A stretch of 63,843 nucleotides of DNA from Sulfurovum sp. (GTDB taxonomy: Bacteria; Campylobacterota; Campylobacteria; Campylobacterales; Sulfurovaceae): contig CBFHPE010000001.1 in assembly GCA_965657515.1 (NCBI GenBank), positions 1 through 63,843 on the forward strand, given 5' to 3'. The notes beneath the pieces were generated by a model, which was not told the DNA's origin, made no database searches, and saw nothing but the letters and a program-made list of their open reading frames with translations. Shown one piece after another: positions 51,798-62,209 of this stretch (within the stretch, counting starts at the first letter, position 1; each line of letters begins with the position of its first letter). The position numbers were made by a program, and so were the translations under genes.

Positions 51798-52277
51798 CTA
51801 ATTTAGACTTTTATAGATAATCTCTCCAGATGTGCTTTCTTGCTGTGCCTTTATGAAAGTTTCAACCAATTTCAATATGACACCTCTTACCTTATAATTT
51901 GTAGAGCGCACTTCAAGCTCTGAACAATAGATATCTGTACCCCCTTTTGAAATAATATTACCAATAATTCTTTCTGCAAACCTGTATCCACCGTCGACTT
52001 TAGTATCTTGACAGAGCATTGCATAGGTTGATTTTTCTTTATCGATCTCAAAAAGTATATCAGAATCTCTTTTTTCTGACTCCAATAACATTCCCAACTC
52101 TATATTTTCTGCCGTCATCAACAAAAGTACAAATGTGTCGTCATTTTGATGATCCATTAAATAATAAACTATCTCAATTGCATTTGTTAGTTTATCCATA
52201 AGAGTACTTGTCAAAACAATATCATCACCAGTAAACTTTAGATTAGCTGATCTTCTTTTATTTTCTCTTTCACTCAT
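51798..52277 (-). CDS. Hypothetical protein, degenerate GGDEF-like fold
   Basis: KRDSD followed by YAMLCQDT..GG..FAERI resembles the GGDEF core without GG(D/E)EF. ATG 52277 follows AAGGA. Confidence 0.55.
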   Translation of the reverse strand: MSERENKRRSANLKFTGDDIVLTSTLMDKLTNAIEIVYYLMDHQNDDTFVLLLMTAENIELGMLLESEKRDSDILFEIDKEKSTYAMLCQDTKVDGGYRFAERIIGNIISKGGTDIYCSELEVRSTNYKVRGVILKLVETFIKAQQESTSGEIIYKSLN

Positions 52278-52356
52278 CACCCGTTCCTTCACTAAATTTT
52301 AATATTCAGGTTTTCATTATAGCAAAAAATTTTATAATTGATTGCTATAATTTCAA

Positions 52357-53496
52357 ATGATATATAGAGATTCTATTACCCTTCCCTCTCCATGCTGGAT
52401 ATTGGAAGAAAAAAAACTGATACAAAACCTAGAACTGATCTCCACAGTAAAAAAAAAGAGTGGTGCAAAAGTGTTATTGGCACTTAAAGGATATGCTCTG
52501 TGGAAAAGTTTTCCTTTATTGCAACCCTACCTTGACGGTTGCTGTGCAAGTGGCCTTCATGAAGCCAAACTTGCTGATGAGTCATTTTCCAAAGAAGTAC
52601 ATACATACGCGCCTGCTTTCAAAGAAGAAGAGATCGAAGAGATAGCCAAGATATCACACCATTTGGTCTTTAACTCTCCTGCACAATTCCATACTTTTGC
52701 ATTACAGGCAAAACTGGTCAATCCAGACATCTCCTTAGGACTGCGTGTTAATCCTGAATATTCTGAGTCTCCCAGAGAAATCTATAATCCATGTAGCATT
52801 CACTCAAGACTTGGCACTACTTTGGAAAACATTGATCAATCTATGCTGGATCTCTGTGATGGCTTACATTTTCATGCACTTTGTGAACAGGATGCTTCTG
52901 CCCTAGAAAATGTACTGAATAATTTTGAAGAGAAATTTGGCAAATATATCTCAAAAATGAAATGGATAAACTTTGGTGGAGGCCATCACATTACACGAAA
53001 AGGGTATGATGTTGATAAACTCATACAACTCATACAAACATTTAAATCCAAATATGATGTTGACATCTATCTTGAACCGGGTGAAGCTATAGGATGGGAG
53101 ACCGGTACACTTGTTAGTACGGTACTTGATATCGTCAATAACGGTATGGAGATTGCCATTTTAGACTCTTCAGCTGAGGCACATATGCCAGACACCATCA
53201 TCATGCCCTACCGTGCAGAAGTTCAAGACGCTGCTAAAGCTGGCGAAAAAGCATATACTTACCGTCTTGCGGGTAACACGTGTTTGGCTGGAGACATTAT
53301 GGGAGACTACAGTTTTGATGCACCTTTACAGATAGGTGATAAGATTATTTTTGAGGACCAGATGCACTATACGATGGTAAAGGCCACTACATTTAATGGT
53401 ATTAAACTTCCCTCCATTGCCATCAAAAAACCTGATGGAAGCATAGAAGTAGTAAGAGAGTTCGGATATGAAGACTTTAAAAACAGGTTATCCTAG
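52357..53496 (+). CDS. nspC: Carboxynorspermidine decarboxylase
   Basis: LLALKG, ASGLHEA, GLHFHALCE, NFGGGHHIT, CLAGD and HYTMVK.TFNG. Confidence 0.95.
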   Translation: MIYRDSITLPSPCWILEEKKLIQNLELISTVKKKSGAKVLLALKGYALWKSFPLLQPYLDGCCASGLHEAKLADESFSKEVHTYAPAFKEEEIEEIAKISHHLVFNSPAQFHTFALQAKLVNPDISLGLRVNPEYSESPREIYNPCSIHSRLGTTLENIDQSMLDLCDGLHFHALCEQDASALENVLNNFEEKFGKYISKMKWINFGGGHHITRKGYDVDKLIQLIQTFKSKYDVDIYLEPGEAIGWETGTLVSTVLDIVNNGMEIAILDSSAEAHMPDTIIMPYRAEVQDAAKAGEKAYTYRLAGNTCLAGDIMGDYSFDAPLQIGDKIIFEDQMHYTMVKATTFNGIKLPSIAIKKPDGSIEVVREFGYEDFKNRLS

Positions 53497-56127
53497 TTCT
53501 TCTACCAGCCTCTCCTCAAAATGATCGATTAAAAGCCCATTAAGTGCTGCCAATTCTATAGGTTTTGAAAGATAGGCATCCATACCTGCACCTATGTACT
53601 TTTCCCTGTCTCCCGAGACCGCATTGGCTGTTAACGCAACGATAGGTATATGCTTTTTAGCATTTTTTCTCTCATAACCCAATATTTTACCTGTTGCTTC
53701 CATACCTCCCATCACAGGCATTTCTACATCCATAAATATCATGTCATATTCATTTTCCATACGCTTTTCAAGTGCTTCAAGACCATTATTGGCCATGCTT
53801 ACTTCAATACCAAGTCTATTGAGTACATTGAGGATCAATTTTTGATTGATTAAATTATCTTCTGCGACCAACACATGTACATTTTCAAAAGTGATATTCT
53901 TCTTACTCGCAGTAACTTCTTCTTTATCACTCAACATTTTCAGTGTTTTTGTAAAGTTTATCGGTTTATAAAGTATCTTATCTATACGTGATTTGAAACG
54001 TTTTAGATTACGCTTTTGATCTCCTGTTGAGAGCATAACAACCTTGGTATCAAAATCCAAAAACTTTTCTATCTCAGTTCCTCTGTGCCTAAATTTATGA
54101 TCTATAAAAAGTATATCGGGAAGATGAGAAGAACCTTTTAAAGCCAAGAGAGACTCATCAGTATAATGTTGGATCTTTGCTCCGGTATAATTGATATATG
54201 CTTCCAAATCCCTGTTGATAAAATACTCTTCATCTATATGCGGGTTAAGAATTCCTACAGTATAAGCACTCATATCCTCCACTACTCTTTTTTTCGCACT
54301 CTCCGCCTTCTTCATTTGCAAAGTAAAGTAGAAAGTAGAACCTTCATGTTTGACACTTCTTATCTTGAGCTTACCTCCCATAAGTTCAACAAACTTACCT
54401 GAGATTGAGAGTCCTAAACCTGTACCACCATACTTTCTACTTGTACTGACATCTGCCTGTGTAAATGCATCAAATATATTCTTCTTCTGCTCTTCTGTAA
54501 TACCGATTCCTGTGTCAGAGACTGAAAACTTGATCTTTACACCCTCAGTACTTTCAGATAACTGTTCGATCTTGACATTCACTTCACCGTTTCTAGAAGT
54601 AAATTTGATAGCATTACTTACAAGGTTCACTATGATCTGAGAGATCTTTGTAGGGTCACCTATAAGCAGTGTAGGAAGATGCGGATCTAAAAAGATATTA
54701 AAATCAATATTCTCTTCTGATGCTTTGGCCGCATATGATTCAACAGCAGTTTCAAAACTATCTATAGGGTCAAATTCTATATCTTCCAATTCAATCTTCT
54801 GCGCTTTTATCTTGGAAAGATCAAGTATGTCATTGACTATGGTCAAAAGGTTTGCAGAACTCTTCTCTATCACCGAGATATACTCTTCTCTCTCCTCTTT
54901 TGTATCTGACTCTTTCAATAGTTGCGTAAAGCCTAGTATACCGTTGAGTGGTGTACGTATCTCATGAGACATACTTGCAAGGAAAAGATCTTTGGTTTGA
55001 TTGGCATCTTTGATAGCTTGGATCAAAAACTTGAAGATGTGATCCTCTTTACCATTTTTTATTAATCTGCTGATCTCTTTTTGCTGATTTTCATTAAAGA
55101 CCACAGCTATATCTTTTAATGTCTCAGAAGAGATAGTTTGATCTTTTTGTTTTTTATAATAAAGTCTGACTAAGCCAAGAAGAACAAACAATAATATCAG
55201 AAGTACTATTGAAGCTACGATAAGAGGCCATTTATTTTGCGTCAGATATTCCTGTTCTCTTTGTTGGATATCTTCACGAAATAAAGCCTGTACTGCTTTA
55301 AAATAATTCATCTTAGTGTCTATCTTATTTACCCATCCTTCAATAGAAACAGAATAGTTCCCTTTTCGTGCTTCATGAAGGATCATGTCACGTTCTAGTG
55401 TGATCGTTTTCTTAAACTGCTCTGGGGAAAACATTTCAGAGATCTTTGCAGCTAGTTCTCTATCTAACAAAATGTCAAAGTTTGGTAAGATGTCTTTTTG
55501 TACAAGTTGTTCCCAAAGTATTCTGTCTTCTTCACGCATGATCTTTGAGCTATGCAATACAAAATGTATACCTGTATTTTCAAAAACACTGTTCTCTTTG
55601 AGTATTGTATAATAGACATACATCGCGAGATCACTATGTATCATTTTTAATTTTTCTAGTGACGTGATCTCTCTAAGTATCTCCAAAAGTGGTCCAAATA
55701 CCTTTGTATGGTAAGCATACAGAAAAATATTATTAAAAGGCTCACTTACCTCATCAACTTCTTTTCTAACCTCTTTAAGCGCATCTCTAACATCATCGAC
55801 CTGCGGTTGAAAGATCGTATACTGACTATTTTGTATGGTAAATGTTTTCAACGCCATTAAAGAACGATCAACAGCCTTTCTTCTCTGTATTATTTTTTCT
55901 AAACTACTAACTTCTTTTGTTGCTAGATATTTTGCTGTATCAACTCTTTCAAAAGCAATCATGCCTAATGAAGACTCTATTTCGTAAACCAAAGAAGAGA
56001 TTTTTGTATGTTGCTTTACCGAGGCATACTTTTGGTAAGAGGTGTACGTATAGTATAGTGCAAGACATGACAATAGTACAGTAATAATGATCCGTATATG
56101 CAGTCTATTTTTATTTTTTAATAGCAT
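53488..56127 (-). CDS. Hybrid sensor histidine kinase/response regulator with NIT-like periplasmic domain
   Basis: Two TM segments, FLASMSHEIRTPLNG, N/G1/F/G2 boxes, a degenerate REC and an intact REC (AEDN, FMDVEMP, KP). Confidence 0.92.
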   Translation of the reverse strand: MLLKNKNRLHIRIIITVLLSCLALYYTYTSYQKYASVKQHTKISSLVYEIESSLGMIAFERVDTAKYLATKEVSSLEKIIQRRKAVDRSLMALKTFTIQNSQYTIFQPQVDDVRDALKEVRKEVDEVSEPFNNIFLYAYHTKVFGPLLEILREITSLEKLKMIHSDLAMYVYYTILKENSVFENTGIHFVLHSSKIMREEDRILWEQLVQKDILPNFDILLDRELAAKISEMFSPEQFKKTITLERDMILHEARKGNYSVSIEGWVNKIDTKMNYFKAVQALFREDIQQREQEYLTQNKWPLIVASIVLLILLFVLLGLVRLYYKKQKDQTISSETLKDIAVVFNENQQKEISRLIKNGKEDHIFKFLIQAIKDANQTKDLFLASMSHEIRTPLNGILGFTQLLKESDTKEEREEYISVIEKSSANLLTIVNDILDLSKIKAQKIELEDIEFDPIDSFETAVESYAAKASEENIDFNIFLDPHLPTLLIGDPTKISQIIVNLVSNAIKFTSRNGEVNVKIEQLSESTEGVKIKFSVSDTGIGITEEQKKNIFDAFTQADVSTSRKYGGTGLGLSISGKFVELMGGKLKIRSVKHEGSTFYFTLQMKKAESAKKRVVEDMSAYTVGILNPHIDEEYFINRDLEAYINYTGAKIQHYTDESLLALKGSSHLPDILFIDHKFRHRGTEIEKFLDFDTKVVMLSTGDQKRNLKRFKSRIDKILYKPINFTKTLKMLSDKEEVTASKKNITFENVHVLVAEDNLINQKLILNVLNRLGIEVSMANNGLEALEKRMENEYDMIFMDVEMPVMGGMEATGKILGYERKNAKKHIPIVALTANAVSGDREKYIGAGMDAYLSKPIELAALNGLLIDHFEERLVEELG

Positions 56128-56199
56128 TCAATAATCCTTTTAGGGATATATTATGAAGGGGGACAGAGTAATCCATAAGTAATATGGAAGGCATTCCAT

Positions 56200-56293
56200 T
56201 GTGTGGTCTGGCGATCTTTCTTACTAGGAATACACCATTTAAAGACCCATGACTTTCTGTCCTCACTTCACAGTGAGTTTAGCTTTTAACATT
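56200..56293 (-). ncRNA. c-di-GMP-I (GEMM-I) riboswitch aptamer
   Basis: Minus strand: AGCUAAA-CUCACU-GUGA-AGUGAG-GACAGAAA-GUCAUGGGUCUUU...AAAGAUCGCCAGAC-CAC. It has a GNRA-capped stem and the GEMM-I junction pattern, lies in a 5' UTR, and has TATAAT upstream at 56315-56310. Confidence 0.75.
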
Positions 56294-56353
56294 TATACCG
56301 TTATTATCCATTATACTCATATAAAACTTAAAAATAATTACTATGTGTATGTT

Positions 56354-59300
56354 CTAAAAATCTCTCTTGTAGATAATATCATAGGCTTGAGACTCTTCAT
56401 CTGCGGAGATAACACTCTCTAATCTTCTACTGTGTTCATACTTCAATTTCACCCCTGCGACGACATCATTCACGTAAATTATCGTCACCTCATCTGTGAG
56501 TTTTTTACCTACTTCTATACTGTTTCCAGAACCTAAAACAAGATGATCAAGCTGTACACCGATATCTGAAAGGGCCGATTTTGCCATGGCTCCCCCCATC
56601 ATCTTCATCATATCTTCTCCGGAGTTTGTCCCCGCCCCTCCTTCTGAGTCAAATAAAATAATGGAAAGTATTTGTTCTCTACTTAGACTTGGTACAGAAG
56701 AGAAATTAATATGCAGGGTATCTGGTGAACCAGTCACTGTAAGGGTGATCAAATGATTAAGGGACTTATAGTTTACCGTTGCTTCTATGATAGGTTTATT
56801 TGGATCACCGGTAAAGTGTATATAACTTTTATCAAGTACAAAACGTTTATTTTCAAAAGTATAACTTCCACCTTTTAAGATCTCAACACTTCCAAGAACC
56901 ATCAGTTCTCCCTGCTCAACTTTATGTATACCCAGGTCAGCTTTGGCTTTTATATCTACAGCACCTTTTTTATAGATCAAAGGTTGTTTACTTTCTACCT
57001 GTACATCAACAGAAAGATTTTCCATAAAAGGACTTGGTTCTTGTTCTTTTAACTCTTGGACTATGAGTATATCTGAATCTGATGCATAGGTTTTTTGCCC
57101 CAGATCATAATAGATATTTCCACCTAAAATGATCACTTTTCCCTTTACAGATGTTTTGTTTCCATCTAAAATCGTTTTAACATCTATTTCAGAATCTAAC
57201 TCTACTATCTCATGTTCTATATGCAATCTTTTTGCTGTGGCATTGACCTCACCACTGGAAGCATTTGTATCGTACAATCCAATGATCTCAAGTTCATCAT
57301 TTAGCCAAAGAGGCGAAATGCTTATATTACCATCTACATAAGTGACCTTAGAAGCTTTATTGGAAAAAAGTTTTTGATCTGCATAAGTGAGTTGATACTT
57401 TTTTAGTATAAGTTCTGAATCATCAACACCTACCTCTACAAGTATGTCATCCACAATATGTTCAGTTTTTATATCTGCTGCATAAGAAAGATGGGGAGAC
57501 CTTAAAGTAATATCTGCACTTTTAAGCTCAGAGACGACCACAGAAAGATCTGCACTTCCTTTCACTTGGGGTAATGTCTCCAAAGTATACACACTCTCTA
57601 CACTGTTTAGCAAAGATGGCATAGAACTTATCCTGGTTTCCATTTTAAGTTCTTCCTCAAGCTTACCGGAGATATCTGTTTTTAACCCAGCTAGATCTAT
57701 CGTACCATTTATCTCTTTAGTACTGAACATATAGTTTACACTGCTCTTTATACTTCCAGCGTGAAGTTGAACATCCACGCTATCATTCTTTAACGCTGCA
57801 TTTGTTCTCATAGGATTGAGACTGTCCCATTTTAATGCTTCACTGTAAGGTCTTAAAAGTGATTCTTTAGGTATATGGGTCACAGATCTTATTTCTAAAT
57901 TCTCTTTATAACTTATATTTGCATCCATGGTCACAACATTGGAATGTATATTTGCGTAAGCAAGCAACGTAGCATTTTTTTCAAAAGAGAGTGGCGCATT
58001 TATCTCAAATTCTACTTTGGTTTGGTTCAGTTCAACAGGAAGTTCAACAAAGTCACGTAAGAGCAATGCTTCTTTTGTTTCCAAATGAATATTTGCGTTT
58101 TTAAAGTCTTCAGAGACAACTGTACCTTGCAGGTTATCTGCTGCAATGTCCATATTTATACTTTTTATGTCACCTGTGTAGTGTACCTTTAAATGATTCA
58201 AGGGTTTTACAAATTTCTCCTCTATTCCTATGATCTTCTCTGCATGTATCTCACCACTGTAAGTGATATTATCATCCATTATAAATAGGTTTGATATAAA
58301 GACATCTTCTGCATAAGGTGTTGTGATCATCAAATTACTTGTCACTTGCATACGACTTTGATTGATATCATATACTAGATAGGTGTGTAATTTGTCTATA
58401 TCAAGGTTAAACTCATCTTTCTTGGCTTTGAGTAACTGTTTCATCGTGATCTTTAGATCACTTGCCACTTGTTTCTCAGAAACATTGATATCTAAAGCGA
58501 TGTCTCCAACAGCTTCATGTCGTATAGGCAGCTCATACAGTTTAAACAATTTTTCTTTTGGTTTGAAATCTATCTTTCCAATAAGCTTATTGTTTTTAAC
58601 CTTTGTTGTATAGAAAATATTACTTAGGTTAGTAGTCGTATTCACATCCACATTTGCTTTTTGAAGTAAGAGTTTTTTCACATCAAAAACAGCGTTGCTA
58701 CCCCTTACATATAATGATCTGATATCAACGGGGTCATATTTGAAAGGGAGTAAGCTTATCTCCAATTTGTCGATCATTACCCACCCAGGGATCAATGGGT
58801 TTTCAGGCAGATCATTATCGGTATTCTTTTCTGTTGTGAGAGTCTTATCACTACCACTGCTCAGATTATTTTCATTATTTTTTGGCATAAAAAGTGTTTG
58901 CAGTGCAAGTACATCAAGCTCTTTAATACTTAACTCTTTCACCCTTACCTTACCATCGTTCAGATTGGCATGTAAAACGATATCTGTCACATTGCTATCT
59001 GTCTCTAGAGATAAATGACCAACATTCACACCCTCATTTACGTAGACAACATCCTTTGTATCTAAAGTAACACTTGAAAAAGTGATCCCCTGTTCTACAA
59101 AAGGTTCAAGGCTGAGAGCTGCATGCTGGACACCAACTTCAAAAGAAAAAGGCTCAGAACTGTTTACTTCTTTAGTCTGGTTTTCATCACTAGGGAAAGA
59201 AGAGATCAGTGTTTTTATCGTATTAACATTGGCTTTTTCTATCTCTAGTTTAGAGACAATGATCTTTTTCTTTACAAGCCCGTTTGGATTCCACCGCAGT

Positions 59301-59551
59301 GCGATATATTGCGCCAAGGGCTCACTATTGTACGCAAGGTCATCTATCTCAATACCAGTAAGTGCATTACCGTATATACGACTGTAAGAGATATTATAAT
59401 CAGGTGCAAAATTGTCTGCTACTTTTTTGATGACCAAAGGAGAGTTTGCTACAAAATAAAGTACCAATCCCAATACAATACTTATAGCCAAAAGATACAC
59501 AATGATCTTTCTTAACCATAATAGAGGTCCATACAAGAGAAATGCTTTCAA
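56354..59551 (-). CDS. tamB: Translocation/assembly module TamB family protein
   Basis: N-terminal TM, long beta-rich body and a DUF490-like C-terminus (FTGDP..P, SVPSLS.EQILS); adjacent to an Omp85 gene. Confidence 0.8.
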   Translation of the reverse strand: MKAFLLYGPLLWLRKIIVYLLAISIVLGLVLYFVANSPLVIKKVADNFAPDYNISYSRIYGNALTGIEIDDLAYNSEPLAQYIALRWNPNGLVKKKIIVSKLEIEKANVNTIKTLISSFPSDENQTKEVNSSEPFSFEVGVQHAALSLEPFVEQGITFSSVTLDTKDVVYVNEGVNVGHLSLETDSNVTDIVLHANLNDGKVRVKELSIKELDVLALQTLFMPKNNENNLSSGSDKTLTTEKNTDNDLPENPLIPGWVMIDKLEISLLPFKYDPVDIRSLYVRGSNAVFDVKKLLLQKANVDVNTTTNLSNIFYTTKVKNNKLIGKIDFKPKEKLFKLYELPIRHEAVGDIALDINVSEKQVASDLKITMKQLLKAKKDEFNLDIDKLHTYLVYDINQSRMQVTSNLMITTPYAEDVFISNLFIMDDNITYSGEIHAEKIIGIEEKFVKPLNHLKVHYTGDIKSINMDIAADNLQGTVVSEDFKNANIHLETKEALLLRDFVELPVELNQTKVEFEINAPLSFEKNATLLAYANIHSNVVTMDANISYKENLEIRSVTHIPKESLLRPYSEALKWDSLNPMRTNAALKNDSVDVQLHAGSIKSSVNYMFSTKEINGTIDLAGLKTDISGKLEEELKMETRISSMPSLLNSVESVYTLETLPQVKGSADLSVVVSELKSADITLRSPHLSYAADIKTEHIVDDILVEVGVDDSELILKKYQLTYADQKLFSNKASKVTYVDGNISISPLWLNDELEIIGLYDTNASSGEVNATAKRLHIEHEIVELDSEIDVKTILDGNKTSVKGKVIILGGNIYYDLGQKTYASDSDILIVQELKEQEPSPFMENLSVDVQVESKQPLIYKKGAVDIKAKADLGIHKVEQGELMVLGSVEILKGGSYTFENKRFVLDKSYIHFTGDPNKPIIEATVNYKSLNHLITLTVTGSPDTLHINFSSVPSLSREQILSIILFDSEGGAGTNSGEDMMKMMGGAMAKSALSDIGVQLDHLVLGSGNSIEVGKKLTDEVTIIYVNDVVAGVKLKYEHSRRLESVISADEESQAYDIIYKRDF

Positions 59552-61308
59552 AATGACTGTCCTATCTGAAATGAGACACCATATTGTGATGGATCATGTA
59601 CATTGAAACCAACATCAAGTTTAAAAGGTCCTATAGGTGTCATATACCTCACACCAACACCTGCAGATGTGATGATCTCTCCTTCAAAATAATAACTCTC
59701 ATCGGTCAGCATAGTATTATCTGTAAAAATAGCACCATATACATCACCCCATATAGGATAGTCAGCTTCTAAAGAGAGATTTGCCATGCTTGATGCACCA
59801 TTGATAGTATCTTCTGTAGGCGAGAGTATTACACCTAATTCTCTATATCCATAAGCACGGTTAGAGTAAGAACCCCCGGCAAAAAAATACTTTGATTCAG
59901 GAAGTCCATCCGCAGAGTCTGCCTCTACTACCCCCACCTTTCCTACAGCAGCAAGCGTAAGGTTTGCAAAGGTATAAATGATCCTTCCTTCAAATCGTGT
60001 TTTATGATAAAGGCTTGATTCAGCATCACTAGAAGTTCCTGCTTCTCCATATGCTGCAAGATAATACCCAAATTTCGGATTTAACTTTGAATCTCGCGCA
60101 TCATAAACAAAATCTACATATGCATAGTTCAGTAAAAAAACACCTTCATTGACAGCCTGTTCCAACTCTTCACCATCATCAAGGTTATCCAATGCATCGA
60201 TCTTAATATTTTCCAGGGCCAATCCTGCACGTAGTCTCAGGCGTCTGTCATTATATTCCAAATATCCTCTGATAAATTCCATCTCTTCCTGGAAACCATC
60301 ATATTCCAAATTTGAATATCCTAGATTACCACCAAGATCAATGTTATATGTAAAAAGATTTAACAATGCAGGTTTAAAAAAATCCAACCGTGCAAGTTGT
60401 TCTTTCTTTGACCATGCAAGTTGTAGTTTTAATTTTTGAGCTTGTCCTAAAAAATTACTTTTAACGATATTTCCATGAACACGTGCACCAACGTAAGTAT
60501 CATACCCCAGTCCTACTTCTGTGTGGTATGGTTTTTCCATCTCTTTAAATGTGATATCTACGGGGACCACATTATAAAATTTTCTATCTACGTTGATAAG
60601 TACAGAGTCAAAGGCTGTAAGCTTATAAAGATTGTCGGAAGTTTCCTGTACAAGTTCTGTACTGAAACGTTCTCCTTCTAATGCTCGAACCCTTGAGATG
60701 ACAACATCCTCATCTATGGTTTCAAGTCCCGTTGTTGTTAATTTACCAAAAGTACACACACCGCCTTTTGTTAATTTATAATGAAAGTCAACAATATGTT
60801 TGTCCAGATCCACATATGCTTTGGCATCCAGATCATAAGAGCAGTATCCTTCTTTAAGCAGTTGACCAATGATATTACTCTTTATAGATGTAAATGTTTC
60901 AACTCTAAAAATAGAATCTTTTTCAAGTATGACAAGATCATCAAGGTCAAAATCACTGGAGATATTGATATCTCTCACTCTTACAGGTTCATTTTCTGTT
61001 ATAGAGACCCATATACTTGCATTATCATCTTTAATAGTAAAATTGGCGTCATAAAAACCTTCAGATCTGTAAAAACTTTTTAAAGAGAGTTCTAAAGTAG
61101 GACGTAGTTTATCTTTTAAACGAGGTGTATCATCTTTCCAGAATTGCCAGAAACTTGCTGCATCTACACCTAATGCATCCTGAAGATCTGATTCTTCAAA
61201 ATGTTCTTGTCCACTAAAGTGTATTTCATGTGTTGGTAATTGCAATTCATCAGCCATCACAAAAGTACATAACAATAATATTATCCATACTTTCAATGAT
61301 CTTTGCAT
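59548..61308 (-). CDS. tamA: TamA/BamA (Omp85) family outer membrane protein
   Basis: Signal peptide, POTRA-like region, FFAGG..SNRAY, GVGVRYMTPIGP and terminal IGQSF. Confidence 0.85.
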   Translation of the reverse strand: MQRSLKVWIILLLCTFVMADELQLPTHEIHFSGQEHFEESDLQDALGVDAASFWQFWKDDTPRLKDKLRPTLELSLKSFYRSEGFYDANFTIKDDNASIWVSITENEPVRVRDINISSDFDLDDLVILEKDSIFRVETFTSIKSNIIGQLLKEGYCSYDLDAKAYVDLDKHIVDFHYKLTKGGVCTFGKLTTTGLETIDEDVVISRVRALEGERFSTELVQETSDNLYKLTAFDSVLINVDRKFYNVVPVDITFKEMEKPYHTEVGLGYDTYVGARVHGNIVKSNFLGQAQKLKLQLAWSKKEQLARLDFFKPALLNLFTYNIDLGGNLGYSNLEYDGFQEEMEFIRGYLEYNDRRLRLRAGLALENIKIDALDNLDDGEELEQAVNEGVFLLNYAYVDFVYDARDSKLNPKFGYYLAAYGEAGTSSDAESSLYHKTRFEGRIIYTFANLTLAAVGKVGVVEADSADGLPESKYFFAGGSYSNRAYGYRELGVILSPTEDTINGASSMANLSLEADYPIWGDVYGAIFTDNTMLTDESYYFEGEIITSAGVGVRYMTPIGPFKLDVGFNVHDPSQYGVSFQIGQSF

Positions 61309-61320
61309 TTTATACCTCTC

Positions 61321-62208
61321 CTAACCTAACAGATCTCTTACACTCTCACGTGGGTCTTTACCTTCTTCTATCATAGCATAAACCTCTTGCGCAATAGGAA
61401 GATAGATATCATGGTCTTTAGCTAATTTATAGAGTGCTTTTGCAGTAGGAACGCCTTCTGCTACTTCCCCCAACTCTTCAAGTATCTCATCCATACTTTT
61501 CCCTTTAGCAAGTCCCAAACCTACTCTGAAATTTCTAGAAAGTGTTGAAGATGCAGTTAGAAAGAGGTCGCCTGCTCCGCCTAAAGAGAGAAATGTTTCT
61601 GTTTGTGCACCAAAAGCTTCTCCAAAACGTGTCATCTCTACCAAACCTCTTGAAATAAGTGCTGCTCTTGCATTATTACCAAGCTCTAAACCATCAGAAA
61701 CTCCACCTGCAATAGCGATAACATTTTTATATGCCCCGGAGACTTCTGCACCCACCACATCATCACTCACATAGCCTTTTATATATGCAGGTAATGCCTC
61801 TGCATATACTTGCGCCAATACCTCATTGGTTGAGCTTATCATTAAAGCTGTGGGCAGTGATTTCATCACTTCTGCAGCAAAAGAAGGTCCCGAGACAAAT
61901 GCCAACCTTTCAGGTGGGACAAAAGCACCATACACCTCATTTAGAAATGCGCCTGTACTTGTTTCTATCCCCTTAGCAGCAACCAATATATTTTGACCAT
62001 GGTCCACAAAATTCTCTTCCATCCAACCACGTACAAACTGTGCAGGAATTGCCATAACAAGATATTCACGTTGTAATGCCTCATCCATAGGTACAAAGTT
62101 CTCCATCTCTTTAGTAGAACGCGAAGAGATCACCACATCATTATCCTGAGAATACGCATGATATAATGCTGTTCCCCATTTACCTGCTCCTATGATAGCC
62201 ATCTTCAT
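61321..62208 (-). CDS. gpsA: NAD(P)H-dependent glycerol-3-phosphate dehydrogenase
   Basis: IIGAGKWGTA, SGPSFA, KNVIAIA and GDL.LT..S..SRN. ATG 62208 follows AGGAAG. Confidence 0.96.
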   Translation of the reverse strand: MKMAIIGAGKWGTALYHAYSQDNDVVISSRSTKEMENFVPMDEALQREYLVMAIPAQFVRGWMEENFVDHGQNILVAAKGIETSTGAFLNEVYGAFVPPERLAFVSGPSFAAEVMKSLPTALMISSTNEVLAQVYAEALPAYIKGYVSDDVVGAEVSGAYKNVIAIAGGVSDGLELGNNARAALISRGLVEMTRFGEAFGAQTETFLSLGGAGDLFLTASSTLSRNFRVGLGLAKGKSMDEILEELGEVAEGVPTAKALYKLAKDHDIYLPIAQEVYAMIEEGKDPRESVRDLLG

Positions 62209-62209
62209 T

